From Neocallimastix sp. 'constans' (Eukaryota), in contig JBODTK010000127.1 of the NCBI GenBank assembly GCA_050613775.1, forward strand, positions 248,001 through 312,000: DNA of 64,000 bases, written 5' to 3'. The position numbers were made by a program, and so were the translations under genes. This document shows, piece by piece, positions 46,137 through 59,860 of the stretch (its first letter is position 1; the number at the start of each line of letters is the position of its first letter). The notes under the pieces are model-generated. The model made no database searches, had not been told where the DNA came from, and saw nothing but the letters and a program-made list of their open reading frames with translations.

Positions 46137-48348
46137 TAATAATTAAAATTTTTCAATAAAATATTTTAATAAATATACTCTTAAATGCTTTGAAACTTTT
46201 TTTTTTTTTTAATATTTAAAATAATAAACCTTTTTTTAATTAATTATATAATTATTTAAATAATTATTTAATTATTAATTATTTATTATTTCTTTATTTA
46301 CTATTTTATTTATTTATTTTTATTTTTATTTTTTATTTTTTATTTTATTTTATTTTTTTTATTTTTTAATGCTTAAAAAATAAATTTTTATTTATTTTTA
46401 TTTTATTTTTTAATGTTTAAAAAAGAAGTTTTCTTATTTCTTATTTTTTTTATTTTATTTTTTAAGCATTAAAAAATAAAATGTTTATTTATTTTTATTT
46501 TATTTTTCAATGTTTAAAAAAAAAGTTTTCTTATTTCTTATTTCTATTTTATTTTTTAAGCATTAAAAATTAAAATGTTTATTTATTTTTTATTTTATTT
46601 TTCAATGTTAAATAGAAATACCTAACCTAATTATTATTTATTGAAGTGTTGTATTTCGCCAAAAGTTGAATTTCGTCCAGTTGAATTTCGTCAAATTCTT
46701 GGTGGCTTATATATTTACGTCATAAAATATCACCATATTTATTATTCACGCCATATTGTGAATATATGGCTTTTTAAAAATTGTAGAAAAAAGCCACAAA
46801 TTATGATACAATTAGATATACGCCCCATGTAAGATTACGTGTTTGAAAATTTTTGAGAATTGTAATTTTATTTATTTATTTAATTAATTATTATTCATTA
46901 AATTTTTAATAAAATTAAGTGGCTTAAAATTAAAAAATATTTAAGCCATACAATAAAATACAAATTTTTGTAATAAAAATTTTCGAAATGCACACTCCCC
47001 CATGTAGAGTAATGAAAAACAAGCCACATATAAAAATACGCTACATTGCAAAATGGGGAGAGTTGCATTTCCCCAAATTGCATTTCGCCAGGTTGCATTT
47101 CCCCAAATGGCGTAGTATTAAAATGTTGCATTTCCCCAAGTTGCTTTTCGCCAGGTTGCATTTCGACTAGTAGAGTATTGATATAAATAAATGAATAAAT
47201 AAATAAATATTAATTCAAAATATATTTTTTTTAAAATTGTTTTTATGCGATATTAATAATAATTAATTTTATTTATTGATTTATTTATTTATTTAATAAT
47301 TTTCAATTTGGCGAAATGCAACTTGGCGAAATGCCACATTTTTTTAATACGCCACATGCTTTCAAAAAAATTGGCGAAACGCAACATGGCGAAATGTCCC
47401 ACACCCAAATGCATGATCCCCATACTTTAATAATAAAATATAACCCTTTAATTTTAAAACCTAATCATATAATTGATAAATAAAAAAAATTTTTTTTTCT
47501 TTACTTTGTATTAAGTAAATGTTAATTAAAAATTTAAACTAAAAGTACTAGTTTTATAACCTTCCCTTAAACAAAGTATTATTAAAGACTTTGTTCGCAA
47601 AATTATTTACTTGATTTTAACATCATTTTATTATTTTTTTCTAATATTTTAGTTTATATATAAACAAAAAGTAACAAATGTTTATTTAAGATTTCTCATT
47701 TATTAAAATAGAATTAATTAAATTTTTATGTGTTTTTTTAAATTATTTTAAATTAATAATTTGATTATATATTTTTTGGTTTTAAATTTTATTATTATTA
47801 TATATTATTATTATTGTAAAATAAAAATAATAAATGTTTTATACATAGAAATATACTTTACTATAAAAGTTTTTTTTTTTTTATTATTAAATTATCTTTT
47901 CATTTTATTTTATTTTATAGTATTAACAAAATTGACTAAAAATATATATATATATATATATCTTATTATTATTATTATTATTTTTATTTATTATTGTTTT
48001 TTTTTTTTATTTTTTTTAGTTTAAATATAAATAAAAAGTAACAAAAGTTTATTGAAGATTTCTCATTTATTAAAACGGATAAATCAAAAATTTATTTCTT
48101 TTTAAATAACTTTAAAATAATTTATCAAAGTTTTGATTTTATTATTTACTATTATTGATTATTATATATTTTTTGGTTGTTATATTATAAACAAAATGAA
48201 ATCATCTTATTTGAATTTTCAAGAATATATATTTTAATTTCAATCTATTTTCATATCAAAAAAGAAGAAGAAAATATTTAGAATTATATCCATAAAAGCT
48301 TTTAAATATAATATTTTCATGTAAAATAAATTTAAATAAATTGATAGG

Positions 48349-48641
48349 TGTTAAATTGGCCAGCACACTCAACGGCAATATGACACTACTTAGTAATATT
48401 TATTATTAGTTTAATATTTTATTTATTTATTTAATATTTTATTTATTTATTTAATATTTTATTTATTTATTTAATATTTTATTTATTTATTTTTCAACTC
48501 AGAATTTTTAATTTTAAATCTTTTCATTAATTATATAGAAAATTTATTTACATTAATTTTTACATAAAATTATAATTATATCATAATGTACAGTATTTTA
48601 CCATAAAACTTTAACATTCCCCCTACATTACGCATTATTAT

Positions 48642-48681
<40 letters not shown>

Positions 48682-51600
48682 TTTAATATTTTTTTTTTTT
48701 TTTTTTTTTTTTATTTTTCTTTAAAAATTAAGTCTGTGAATTTTGTCATTTTAATACCTGGAATACTTTTTGTTAATGGATCTGCTAACATATCTTCAGT
48801 ATTTATATATTCTAATACAATCTTATTGTTTACAATATCTTCTTGGATGAATTTATATCGAGTATCTATGTGTTTGCATCTACCTTTGGAATTTGTATCT
48901 TGAGCTATAGCAATACATGCTTTATTATCTACCATAATTTTTATTTTTATATCTTTATTTATCATTTCTTTAAATAAATTTCTAAACCACATTCCTTGCT
49001 TAACATATTCAGTTAAACTTACGTATTCTGCTTCGGCGGTTGATAAAGTTACTATTTTTTGTAATTGGGATTTCCATGAGATTGGGCTCTCGCCTAACAT
49101 AAATATATATCCACTAGTTGATCTTCTAGTTTTTTCATCGTTAGCAAAATCTGAGTCTGAATGACCTCTAAAATTATTATTTCTGTTATAATATATAGAT
49201 TTTGTTTTTGTTCCTTTTAAGTATTGTAAGATCTGTAATAAAGCTTTGTAATCAACTTCAGTAGGATTTTCACAAAATCTGGATGCCTGATTTACTGCAA
49301 AAGCTATATCAGGTCTTGATTTAATTGCAATATATAATAATGCACCTAGTAATGATTTATATTCTTTTACATTTACTGGTGATGAATTTTCTTGTTCTTT
49401 TAAGCTTATTTTTCTACATGGAGTTTTAATTTCTTTTGTTTTATTCATATTATATTTATTAATTATTTTATTAATATAATCAATTTGATTTATTTTATAT
49501 CCATTTTTTGTCTTATAAATATTAATTCCAATTATTTTGTTAGCTTCTGTATCTTTTGAAATTTTATATTTATTTTTAATGAAGTCACAAGTGTAGTTAA
49601 TTTCTTTGTCATAACCTGTTATTAAAATATCATCTACATATAGAGTTAGTAAACTTATTAATTTATTATTTTTATTATATTTGCCAAAAAGGCAATAATC
49701 TGTTAGATATCTTTTATACCCAATGCTGATAAGAAAATTTGAAATTTCTTTGTACCTCATCCTACCAGCTTGTTTTAAACCATAAAGTGCTTTCTTAAGT
49801 AGCCAAAATTTATTTTTATCTTTATAATTTTTATCTCCTTCAGGGATCTTAATATAAATTTTTTCTTCCAATTCTGCATTAAGGTAAGCGGCTTTTATAT
49901 CCATCTGTCTTAATTTCCAATTATTTATAGCAGCTATTGCTACAGTAAGTCTAAGACTATCAGCCTGAATTGTTGGAGAATATGTTTCTATGAAATCTTC
50001 ACCTGGAACTTGTTGAAAACCACGAGCAACCAATCTCGCTTTTCTTTTATTGTTTTCCTTTTTTGTAAATACCCATTTTGTATCTATGATATGAGCATTT
50101 TTAGGAATATTATTAACTATTTTCATAACTTTATTGTTATAAAGATTTGAAAGTTCTTCTTTTATCGCAATTTTCCATTCTTCAGCATCTTTTGAGTTAA
50201 CTGCTTGAGAATATGTATATGGTACATTTATACTAATATTTAAAATTTTATGTTTTTTATTGTTGTTTGTTAATTCTAATTTTCTTTATATAAGGGATTC
50301 ATTTTCTGAATCACTAGAATAATCATTTTCATTGTTTATATTCCTTTTTCTTTTAAAATTATTGTTATTGTTATTATTAACATAATTTCTAATTTTATTA
50401 TTATCAATATTATTATTCTTATTCTTGTTCAAATCATCATTTTCATAAATATAAGAATTATTTTTACAATCAACAATGTTATTATTATTACTATTATTAT
50501 TATCGTTACTATTATTATTTATATTCATCTTATTATTTTCAATGTTATTGTTAATATTTATTTTATTATTTTCATTTATACTATTGTTATAATTATTTAT
50601 TTTATTATTTTTATTTATACTATTATTATTATTTATTTTATTATTTTCATTTATACTATTATTATTATTTGAGTGATTTTTTAATTGTAAAATATTTTCA
50701 GTTAAATTATTATTTTGAGTATTTGAATTTTTATTTTGAATGTTATTATCATTGTTAGAATCAGGATTATAGTTGAATTTGTTAAAGTTAGAATTTATAT
50801 CAGGATTTTCCCCCTCAATTAACAAATCACGAAAATTAATAATTGAGTCAATATATTTATCACAGAAAAAGGTAGTATTAATTGTACCTGGCATGTCTTC
50901 AATAAAATAGACATCTCTTGCAGAGATAATGGAGTTAGTAGATATATCTAAAATTTTATATCCTAAAGAGTCATTAGCGTAACCAAGGAATATACCAGGT
51001 TTAGTATTATTATCAAATTTGTTGGTTTTGCGATTATTGTAGAAAAATGCTTTACAACCAAAAACCTTTAAATGTGATATATCAATTGGTTTATTGAAAA
51101 AGACCTCATCAGGTATTTTATTATGGATACATTGGTGAGGATTAATGTCATATAAATAAGAGGCACACAAAACAGCAGAATCCCAAAATTTTATAGAGAG
51201 TTTAGCAGAATTTAGAAGAGTAGTTGTACAATAATTTAAAGTTTGGTTTAAGCGTTCTGCACGGCCATTTTGTTGTGGATAACCAGGGACAGAATGAATG
51301 AAGTTTATTCCATTAGCCTTTAAATATTCAATAAGATTATGATTAATATATTCGGTTCCATTATCTGATTTCAAATTAATAATTTTATATGGAGTTGAAT
51401 TAGTAATAAGTTTGTGAAAATTAACAAATGTATTATAAACATCGCTTTTATTTTTAATTAAATAAACCCAACATTTTCTTGAAAAATCATCAAGGAAAGT
51501 AACATAATAATTATATCCATTGTATGAAGTTTCAAGCTTTCCAACTACGTCAGTGTGTATGAGTTCTAAAGGTTTTTCTGCATTGTTTGGAGAATTATAA

Positions 51601-53676
51601 AAAAGTTTTCTTTTTAATTTACTGATTTTGCATTGGTGACAGTCCTTATTATTATTATTGTAAGCATGTTCTATAACAAAGTTCTTAATATCCTTGTTGT
51701 TATAATGTCCCAATCTGGCATGCCATAGTGATGTGTCTATATCAGATATTTGATTGATTATATTAATATTGTTCGTTGGAGTAGTATTAAATGAAAATAA
51801 ATTTTTATCATCTGCATAAATATTTGCAATGATTTTATTATTTTTGAATATTTGTAATCTATCTTTGTTATTGATTTTTTCCATAATAATTTCGCATCCA
51901 TTATTGAGAATCGAGTGTGTTGAAATTAAATTATTTTTAATGTTTGACACATAGTATACGTCAGATAATGTAAATTTATTATTTTTAAAATTTCCTTCGT
52001 AGGTGCCAACATATTCAATAGTGTCTAGATTCCCATTTGGATACACAATACTTTTATTCTTTATATTCTTTATATTTTTTAAATTTTTATAACTGTTAGT
52101 TAGGTTGATACCAGTACCACTATCTATAATCCAATGAGTTGAATTTTTGTTATTAATGTTTTTTATATTGTTACAATTATTGATGACAGAAATGTTTCCT
52201 AAAAAATTTATATATGTTTCGTCATCATTAATATTTATATCCATAGTCTTTGCATTATCTTCATCACGATTTTCATTTCTTACTATATTAGTGTGATATT
52301 TATTTTTATAATTATTTCTTGAATTTGAATATCTTTTATTTTTATATTGATTCTGTTTAATATTGGTTTCTTCTTTATTCAGAAGGTTAAATTTACAATA
52401 GTCTGTTAAATAACCTTTTGTTTTGCAAATATGGCAATAATATTCTTTATTTTCTCTAATGTTAGTTTTATTAAAAATTTTATTATTTTCTTGTTTTTTA
52501 TTAATATTATTAACACTTTCCTCTTTGATATTGTTATTTGAAGATTTTAGTATATTAGCTTTTTCGAAAAAATCGTGTCTTTTATATAACTCAGTCACTA
52601 ATTCATCAAAAGTATTAAAATTATAAATAGGTGGTGAGTTAATACCGATTTTATATAACTCATGTATAGAGTATTGTAATTTTGTTTCTTCATCTAATGC
52701 TGTTATTTTTAATTTTTCACTTTCATTTTGATATTGGTCAAATAAATTATTTAATTCATTTATATATTGTATATAATCGTTATCAATAATTTTTAAATTA
52801 GCCATTTTTAGTTTTAGAGCATTAAGTAATGCTTGACCTGATTGATAGAAACGTTTTTGTAATCTTTCTATCATTTGGAAAGAAGTTCTACACCCTTTTA
52901 AGTAGATTTTTGAGGATTCATCAAGGCTGTTAATAATTATTGTTTGTACAGCACTATCAGACTTAATTTGTTCCCTTGACATTTCAGTACTTTTGATATT
53001 TTTATCTATATATGTGTCATAGTCAAGGGCAATTAAATGTCTTCTCAGGGGATTGTACCATGATAAAAAGTTTTCCTTAGTAAGTTTGAAATTTTTAATT
53101 TCAAAAACAGATTTGTTAACGTTTCCAAAATAATGAAATTTATTTATAATTATATTTTTGTCGTTTGAGGTAGATTCTTCGAAAGAGATAGATTCATTGT
53201 CCTTAATTTCGGTAGGAGATTCATTATCCTTGGTTTCTGTAGGAGTCGATGAATTTGAGCTCTCTTCGATAGACTTATCTACGTTTTTTCTTTTACTCAT
53301 TTTATAAAACATTAATTTTATATATAAGAATTTAATAAAAAAAAATTATTTAAATGTTAAGAAAAATTTTTGTTGTAGTGTATCGTTAGAGTGTTGAGAC
53401 TCTTAATCTGTTAAATTGGCCAGCACACTCAACGGCAATATGACACTACTTAGTAATATTTATTATTAGTTTAATATTTTATTTATTTATTTAATATTTT
53501 ATTTATTTATTTAATATTTTATTTATTTATTTAATATTTTATTTATTTATTTTCAACTCAGAATTTTTAATTTTAAATCTTTTCATTAATTATATAGAAA
53601 ATTTATTTACATTAATTTTTACATAAAATTATAATTATATCATAATGTACAGTATTTTTACCATAAAACTTTAACA
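48349..53676 (-). mobile_element. Ty1/Copia LTR retrotransposon, near-intact
   Basis: 268-bp LTRs 48349-48616 and 53409-53676 (TGTTAAA...TTTAACA), nearly identical; PPT AGGGGGAA; domain order gag-PR-IN-RT-RH. Confidence 0.97.
48711..53312 (-). pseudogene. Copia gag-pol polyprotein with one in-frame stop at 50286-50288
   Basis: WIIDSG, LWHARLGH, HTDVVG, SDNGTEY, KARLVARGF, LYVDD, SDSDFA, ADPLTK; the two ORFs share one frame. Confidence 0.92.
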
Positions 53677-54240
53677 TTTTAATATAATAAAATATTTATT
53701 TTAATTATTTATGTTTTAATTATATATTTTAATTATAATAATAATTATTAAGAAAAATATATCTTATTTTTTTTATAATTAATATCAATATTTGTTTTAT
53801 GTTTTATCGATTGTTAATTGATAATTTATTTTATTTTATTATATTTTATTTTTATTTTTATTTTTATTTTATTTTATTTTATTTAATTTTATTTAATTTA
53901 TTAAGTAAATTAACTATAAAAAATTGGATAATAAAAATATAAATAAATAAAATAATAATTATTAAAAATAAAATATTTTTAGATTTTATTTTATTTATAG
54001 TACATTAAATATTATGTATTTATTAATTACATCAAATATTATGAAATTTAATAAAATTTTTGATTAAATTTATCCAATATATTTATTGTTAATTCATTAA
54101 AATATATAAATATATACATATTTTTCAATATGCCTTTTTATTTTATTTTATTTTATTTTTTTTTTTTGCTTAATAATTTCTTTAAATTAATACAAAAAAT
54201 TATTTTCGAAAAAATTTAACCAAAAAAAAAAAAAAGAAGA

Positions 54241-54909
54241 ATGAGATTTAAAAATTTAATTTTATTAACTGTGGGTTTAACTTCAGCACTTTCTACGGCA
54301 ATCATTACACCATCAGGCATTGAGGTTCCAAACACACTATTGAAATATTTAACTTGTCCAATTGGTGATGTTATTTGTAAAAATGGACAAGATAGTATTT
54401 GTTCTGAAAACTATAATATATGTCAACAAAGCAATCCAAATATATTAGATGAATTACTAACTAAAAATGGACATAAAAAAGGAAACTTCACACCAAATGA
54501 ATATTGTAAAATTCATTTAGAAGTTTGTAAAATGATTATGAACTATGATCCTCCATTAACAAAGGATTATATTTACAATTTAGATCAATATTTGACTTGT
54601 GGAAAGGATGATTCTATTTGTCAATATGGCAAAAGTAATAGTTGTAGAGAAGTTCTTAAATTATGTTGGGGAAATTATCCAAAAGATGCTTGTATAAAAT
54701 TATCAGACACATGCAAAAAAATTAATAGTAATAGCAATATAACAAATATAACTACTAATAATACTTCATCCTACAAACAAGCATTAAAAAAAACAATAAA
54801 AAATGAAGTTAAAAAAGTAGACACTAAAAGAAAAACAACAAAAAGGATTTATAAAACTAAAAAAACTTCTAAAAGAGTTGTATTAAAGAAAAACAAAAAG
54901 GATTTATAA
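54241..54909 (+). CDS. Secreted cysteine-rich protein (12 Cys) with Lys-rich tail
   Basis: Signal-peptide-like N-terminus; paralogous to 59324-59860. Confidence 0.85.
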   Translation: MRFKNLILLTVGLTSALSTAIITPSGIEVPNTLLKYLTCPIGDVICKNGQDSICSENYNICQQSNPNILDELLTKNGHKKGNFTPNEYCKIHLEVCKMIMNYDPPLTKDYIYNLDQYLTCGKDDSICQYGKSNSCREVLKLCWGNYPKDACIKLSDTCKKINSNSNITNITTNNTSSYKQALKKTIKNEVKKVDTKRKTTKRIYKTKKTSKRVVLKKNKKDL

Positions 54910-55199
54910 AACTAAAAGAACTTCTAAAGAGTCGTATTAAAAAATACATTTAAAAATTCTTGATACAAATATATTTATATTTTTTTATTTAATATTTATT
55001 ATTATCCATTAAATTATATAAATAGTAATTACATTATAAAATTATAAAATATAAAATGCTAAACAATAATGTAAAATGTAATAGTGATAATCATCAAAAA
55101 TAATGATTAAAATATTATATTTAAAATTCATAAATATTTATGTATATTAATATATATATAAATAAAGTAAATTAATTTAATTTTGAATTTTTATATTAT

Positions 55200-55907
55200 A
55201 CTTTATATTTGCATATTTTCATATTTTCAATATTTATTTTATTTTTCTTCTATTATTCAAGCAGTTCTTTAAATATTTATATTTTGTTGTTTTCATTATA
55301 TTTTTTCTTTCAATTTCTTCATCTGTTCATTCATTATTTGTATTATTACTTCATTATCTATATTCATATTATTAATAAGATTATTATTCTTGATTTATAT
55401 AATTTAATCATAATTGTATTAAATATATTTTCTAAATCTTTTCTATGGTTTTCATATCTTTATTCATTAGTTTCTTGATTATGTTCTATTCATTTATTAG
55501 TAAAATCATTATTTATATTTAATATACTTTTATTTTCATTTGTAATTTTTAAACAATTTTTCTCATCTCGAAGAACATTATGAAATTGATAAATATAAGT
55601 CATTTTTATAAAGCTACTTTAATGATTACTTTAAAGCCTTCCTTATATTTTTCGGTATCATTTGACTAGTTAATTTTTTCCTTACTTAATTTACCCTAGA
55701 ACAGTCGATAGTTGTACTAAGTATTGAAGCATACAAAATATCATTAGAATCAGTATAACGTCTTCCTCTTTATATTTTATCGGTATCATTTAGCTATATG
55801 GCCATATGATTAATTTTTTCTTAACTTAATTAGCATAATTTTCATAATAAATTATATTCACGTATCAGTGAACGAATTCCATCATAAATTTTATTAGAAA
55901 TACTCAT
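55200..55907 (-). pseudogene. Degraded unknown coding sequence
   Basis: MSISNKIYDGIRSLIREYNLL* start and coding-like composition with many stops. Confidence 0.3.
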
Positions 55908-56719
55908 TTGATTAATTATTAAAATAAATAGAAAAGATTTCAAATTTTTAAGTTGAAATATTAGTTTTTTTTTTTTTTTTTCATTATTAAAAATTTAGCC
56001 TTTTTTTTTTTTTTTTTTTTCCTGTAGTTTCGATACCAAAGAATGAGATGAAATATTTAATTATATAAAACAATTCAATTTATTGTTAAATTAAAATCTA
56101 TTAGATCTTTCATTACAGATAAACGAAAATTTTAATTTCAAAAATATTTAAATTTTTATAAATTAATATCTTGGAGAGGAATATATTTTATTTTAATTAT
56201 TTATTTCTAAAATATATTTTTTAATTACTTTTATTTTTTAAACTTGAAATGTTTATATTTTATTTCTAAATTTATAATAAATATTAAATATTTTAAAATT
56301 AAATATAAATAATATTTATAAAATATTATTTTCATTAAAGTAGATTTAAAATTTCATACAATTATTTTTGAGTACTTTTATATTTCAAACAAGCACTTCT
56401 AGAAATTATTTATTATTGATAAATTCATTTATCAAATCTTTTTATTTATTTTATCAAAAAGATAAAAATAAAAAAGGATTAAATATAAAATAAAAACATT
56501 AAATATAAAATAAAATAATAAAATAACAATAATTAAATATATATAAGAAAATAATAAAATATTAGTCATTTTCAAAATACTTATTTTTTTTTATTGATAA
56601 TTTTGTTAGTTAGACCTGCAACACCAAAGCTACGGGTATCTGGTTCTTCATATATGACCACCATTTGGGGATTAATTATATATATATGTTTTTTTAAATT
56701 ACTTTTAAATTTTTAAAAG

Positions 56720-58458
56720 ACAAAAGTCCCATCAATAGGTACTTTTAAGTACAATTTATTCTTATGTATGTTTTTGGCAAAATAATCATTTAGAAATCAT
56801 TTCAAATGATCAAGGTAATTATACCATACATTTTTATGTAACTTTCACAGATTCAGAATACTTAATCAGTAATGCATCTAAGAATTAAGCCTTCATGAAT
56901 TCAATAAACATTGTTTTTGATGCTAAACGTCTAAACGATTGTCATTTTAATGATTTAGAAGTTCAATCTGATATGAAATATTTGCCTTTCAATGTTATCG
57001 AAAAATCAAGAAAGCCATATATTCAAGTTCAATTCAAAGGATAGACTAAAGATTTCACACTTGAAGAAATTTCAAGTTTGGTCCTTACAAAAATAAAAGA
57101 TACTGCTGATAGTTATTTAAGTGCTAAAATTAGTAATGCTATTCCTTCTTATTTAAATGATTATCAACATCAAAATACAAAGGATGCTGGTCTTATTTCT
57201 GGTCTTAATGTTCTTTAAATCATTAATGATGCAATTGCTGCTATTGCTTATTTCTGAAGTTAAAGTCATTGCTGGTGATACTCATTTAAGTGGTAAAGAT
57301 TTTGATAATCGTCTTGTGAATAATTTCATTCAAGTATTTAAAAGAAAGTATAAGAAAGATCTCTCAACTAATCTAAGATCATTGCGTTTTTAAGAACAGC
57401 ATATGAATGAGCTTAACGCATACTTTCTTCTTCAACTTAAACTTCAATTGAAATCGATTAATTTCTATATAATTTCTATATTATAGAAATTAATTCAGAT
57501 TTACTCAGAAAGGTAATCGGGCCAGTCAAAAAGGTTTTTAAAGATTCAATATTAGATAAATTAAGTATTAATGAAATTGTATAATAGGAGAATCTACTTG
57601 TATTCCAAAAATGCAGAGTTTATTTTCATTTTATTTCAATGGAAAAAAGCAAAATAAGTCAATAAACGAAGATGAAGCTGGCTTATGGTGCTGCCGTTCA
57701 AATTTCTATTTTATCAGGAGAAGCATCCGATAAACTCAAAATTTACTTTTATCAGATATTTCACCTCTTTTTTTTAGGTATTGAAAACGCTAGTGGAATA
57801 ATGACTATATTAATAAAAAAATAGCACTATTCCAACTAAGAAATCAAATATCATTACTACTAATTCTGATAATCAAACAAGTGTTTCTATTCAAATTTAT
57901 GAAAGAGAACATTCATTAGCTCATGATAATAATTATTAGGAAGATTCAATTTAATTCCGCCTATTCCTCGTGATGTTCCTCAAATTGAAGTTACATTCGA
58001 TATTGATGTTAATGGTATTTTGAATGTTTCAGCATTAGATAAAGCAACCGGTGGTTTTAATAAAATTACTATTACCAATAATAATGGAAGACTATGTAAG
58101 GAATAAATCAATTGTATGGTTAATGATGCTGAAAAGTATAAAGAAGAGGATGCTAAAGTAGCTTCAAAGTAGTTTCAAAGAACTGACTCGGAAGTTATGC
58201 TTATCAACTTCGTAATACTTTTCAAGATGAAAAAATTTCTTCAAAATTTATTAGTGAAGATAGATTGATCATAATCAAGAAGCCGGTAAGGAAGAATATG
58301 AAAATTGAAGAAAAGATTTTGAAAATATATCATATCTAATTATGACTAAGATGTATCAATTTGGAATGGGTAATGATATTAATATGAATATGAAAATATA
58401 TATAAATAATTGAGGTAATGATGGAAATAACTGACCAACAGTTGAAGAAATGTATTAA
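56720..58458 (+). pseudogene. Cytosolic HSP70 pseudogene
   Basis: [65 protein letters not shown] (degenerate EEVD); many stops, frameshifts and deletions. Confidence 0.93.
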
Positions 58459-58494
58459 ATTATTTAATTAAAAATCAAATTGAAATGAAAAATC

Positions 58495-58606
<112 letters not shown>

Positions 58607-58754
58607 TATAAATAAAAATAATAATAATAAATACTATAACAAAGTAAATATGAAAATTTAAAAGTAAATAATGTAAAATAAAACAAAATATATTAATTAT
58701 TTGCTCAATTTATTATATCTATTAAATTAAAACAAAAACATAATAAAAAACAAA

Positions 58755-58785
<31 letters not shown>

Positions 58786-58878
58786 CAAAACAAAACAAAA
58801 CAAAACAAAAAAAAAAAAAAAACTATTAAATTAAATTAAAATAAAACAATAATTTAAAAAAAAAAAAAAAAAAAAAAT

Positions 58879-58954
<76 letters not shown>

Positions 58955-59086
58955 TAATATTTATGACTAAAAATTAAATTATTTATAAAGAAAAAAAAAT
59001 TAATTATTTATTTTATATAAATAGTTTATAATATTTATTTAGTACGAATAAAATATTTTATTTCTATATTATAATATGTTATTAAA

Positions 59087-59117
<31 letters not shown>

Positions 59118-59323
59118 TTCATTTATCATATAAATTTTTATTATTTTACACAGTGGATTTCATATTAATTTATACTATTCTATTAAATTATCTTTCTTAA
59201 AATTATATGTCAATATATATATATATATTTACTTTTTTTATTATTATCTTTGTAATAATTTACTTTTTTTATTTCTTTTTTTTTTTTTTATAATTTCTAG
59301 TTCATCTTTTTTTTCTCTTTGGT

Positions 59324-59860
59324 TCATTCGTTACCTCCTTCAATTTTCATAAAAGAAGGCATATTATTACCATTAATACCACTGCAAACTAAAGATAACT
59401 TATTGCAATCTTCTTCTGGAAAACCACCATTACATTTTTTTAATACAGTACGACATATAGAAGTTTTTTTAATTTTGCACATAAGATCATCACTTTCACA
59501 TGTATAATACTTTCCAAAATTATAAACATCATCATCAGAAATTGGTGAATCATAATTGAAAATCATTTCACAAACTTCATTATAAATATTACAATATTCT
59601 TCAGCTGTCATATCACCTATATCAATTCCATTGTTTTCAAGTAATTCATCTAATATTAATGGGTTTCCATTACGGCATATCTTAGAATGTTTTATACAAT
59701 CTTTATTCTTATCATTTTTACATTTAACATCGCCAATAGGACAATCTAGATAATTTAATAGTGATTCTGGAATTTCCTTTCCTGATGGAGTTTGAACCGC
59801 ATTTACTATGCATGAACCTATTAATAAAAGAGTAAGTAATATAATGTTTTGATATTTCAT
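59324..59860 (-). CDS. Secreted cysteine-rich protein (12 mature Cys), acidic paralog
   Basis: Signal-peptide-like N-terminus; TPSG.E.P..LL.YL.CPIGDV.CK shared with 54241-54909. Confidence 0.85.
   Translation of the reverse strand: MKYQNIILLTLLLIGSCIVNAVQTPSGKEIPESLLNYLDCPIGDVKCKNDKNKDCIKHSKICRNGNPLILDELLENNGIDIGDMTAEEYCNIYNEVCEMIFNYDSPISDDDVYNFGKYYTCESDDLMCKIKKTSICRTVLKKCNGGFPEEDCNKLSLVCSGINGNNMPSFMKIEGGNE

Larger units (their letters stand above)
43047..47000 (-). mobile_element. Full-length Mutator-like element with TIRs and 9-bp TSD
   Basis: TIRs at about 43047-43098 and 46949-47000; perfect TSD CATGTAGAG at 43038-43046 and 47001-47009. Confidence 0.92.
42998..47406. mobile_element. Non-autonomous MULE-family element hosting the 43047-47000 insertion
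   Basis: Inverted ends (TTTCGCCAgTTTTTTGAAAGCATG and its reverse complement near 47347-47370); probable TSD AAATGAATG / AAATGCATG (8 of 9 match). Confidence 0.65.

Noticed and set aside
46641..47170. Short ORFs with GEMQ/LHFP repeats
   Set aside because: Translations of MULE terminal 15-bp repeats.
58255..58280. GATC next to a deletion in the HSP70 pseudogene
   Set aside because: The breakpoint appears a few bases upstream of the GATC, so it is not counted as a GATC junction.
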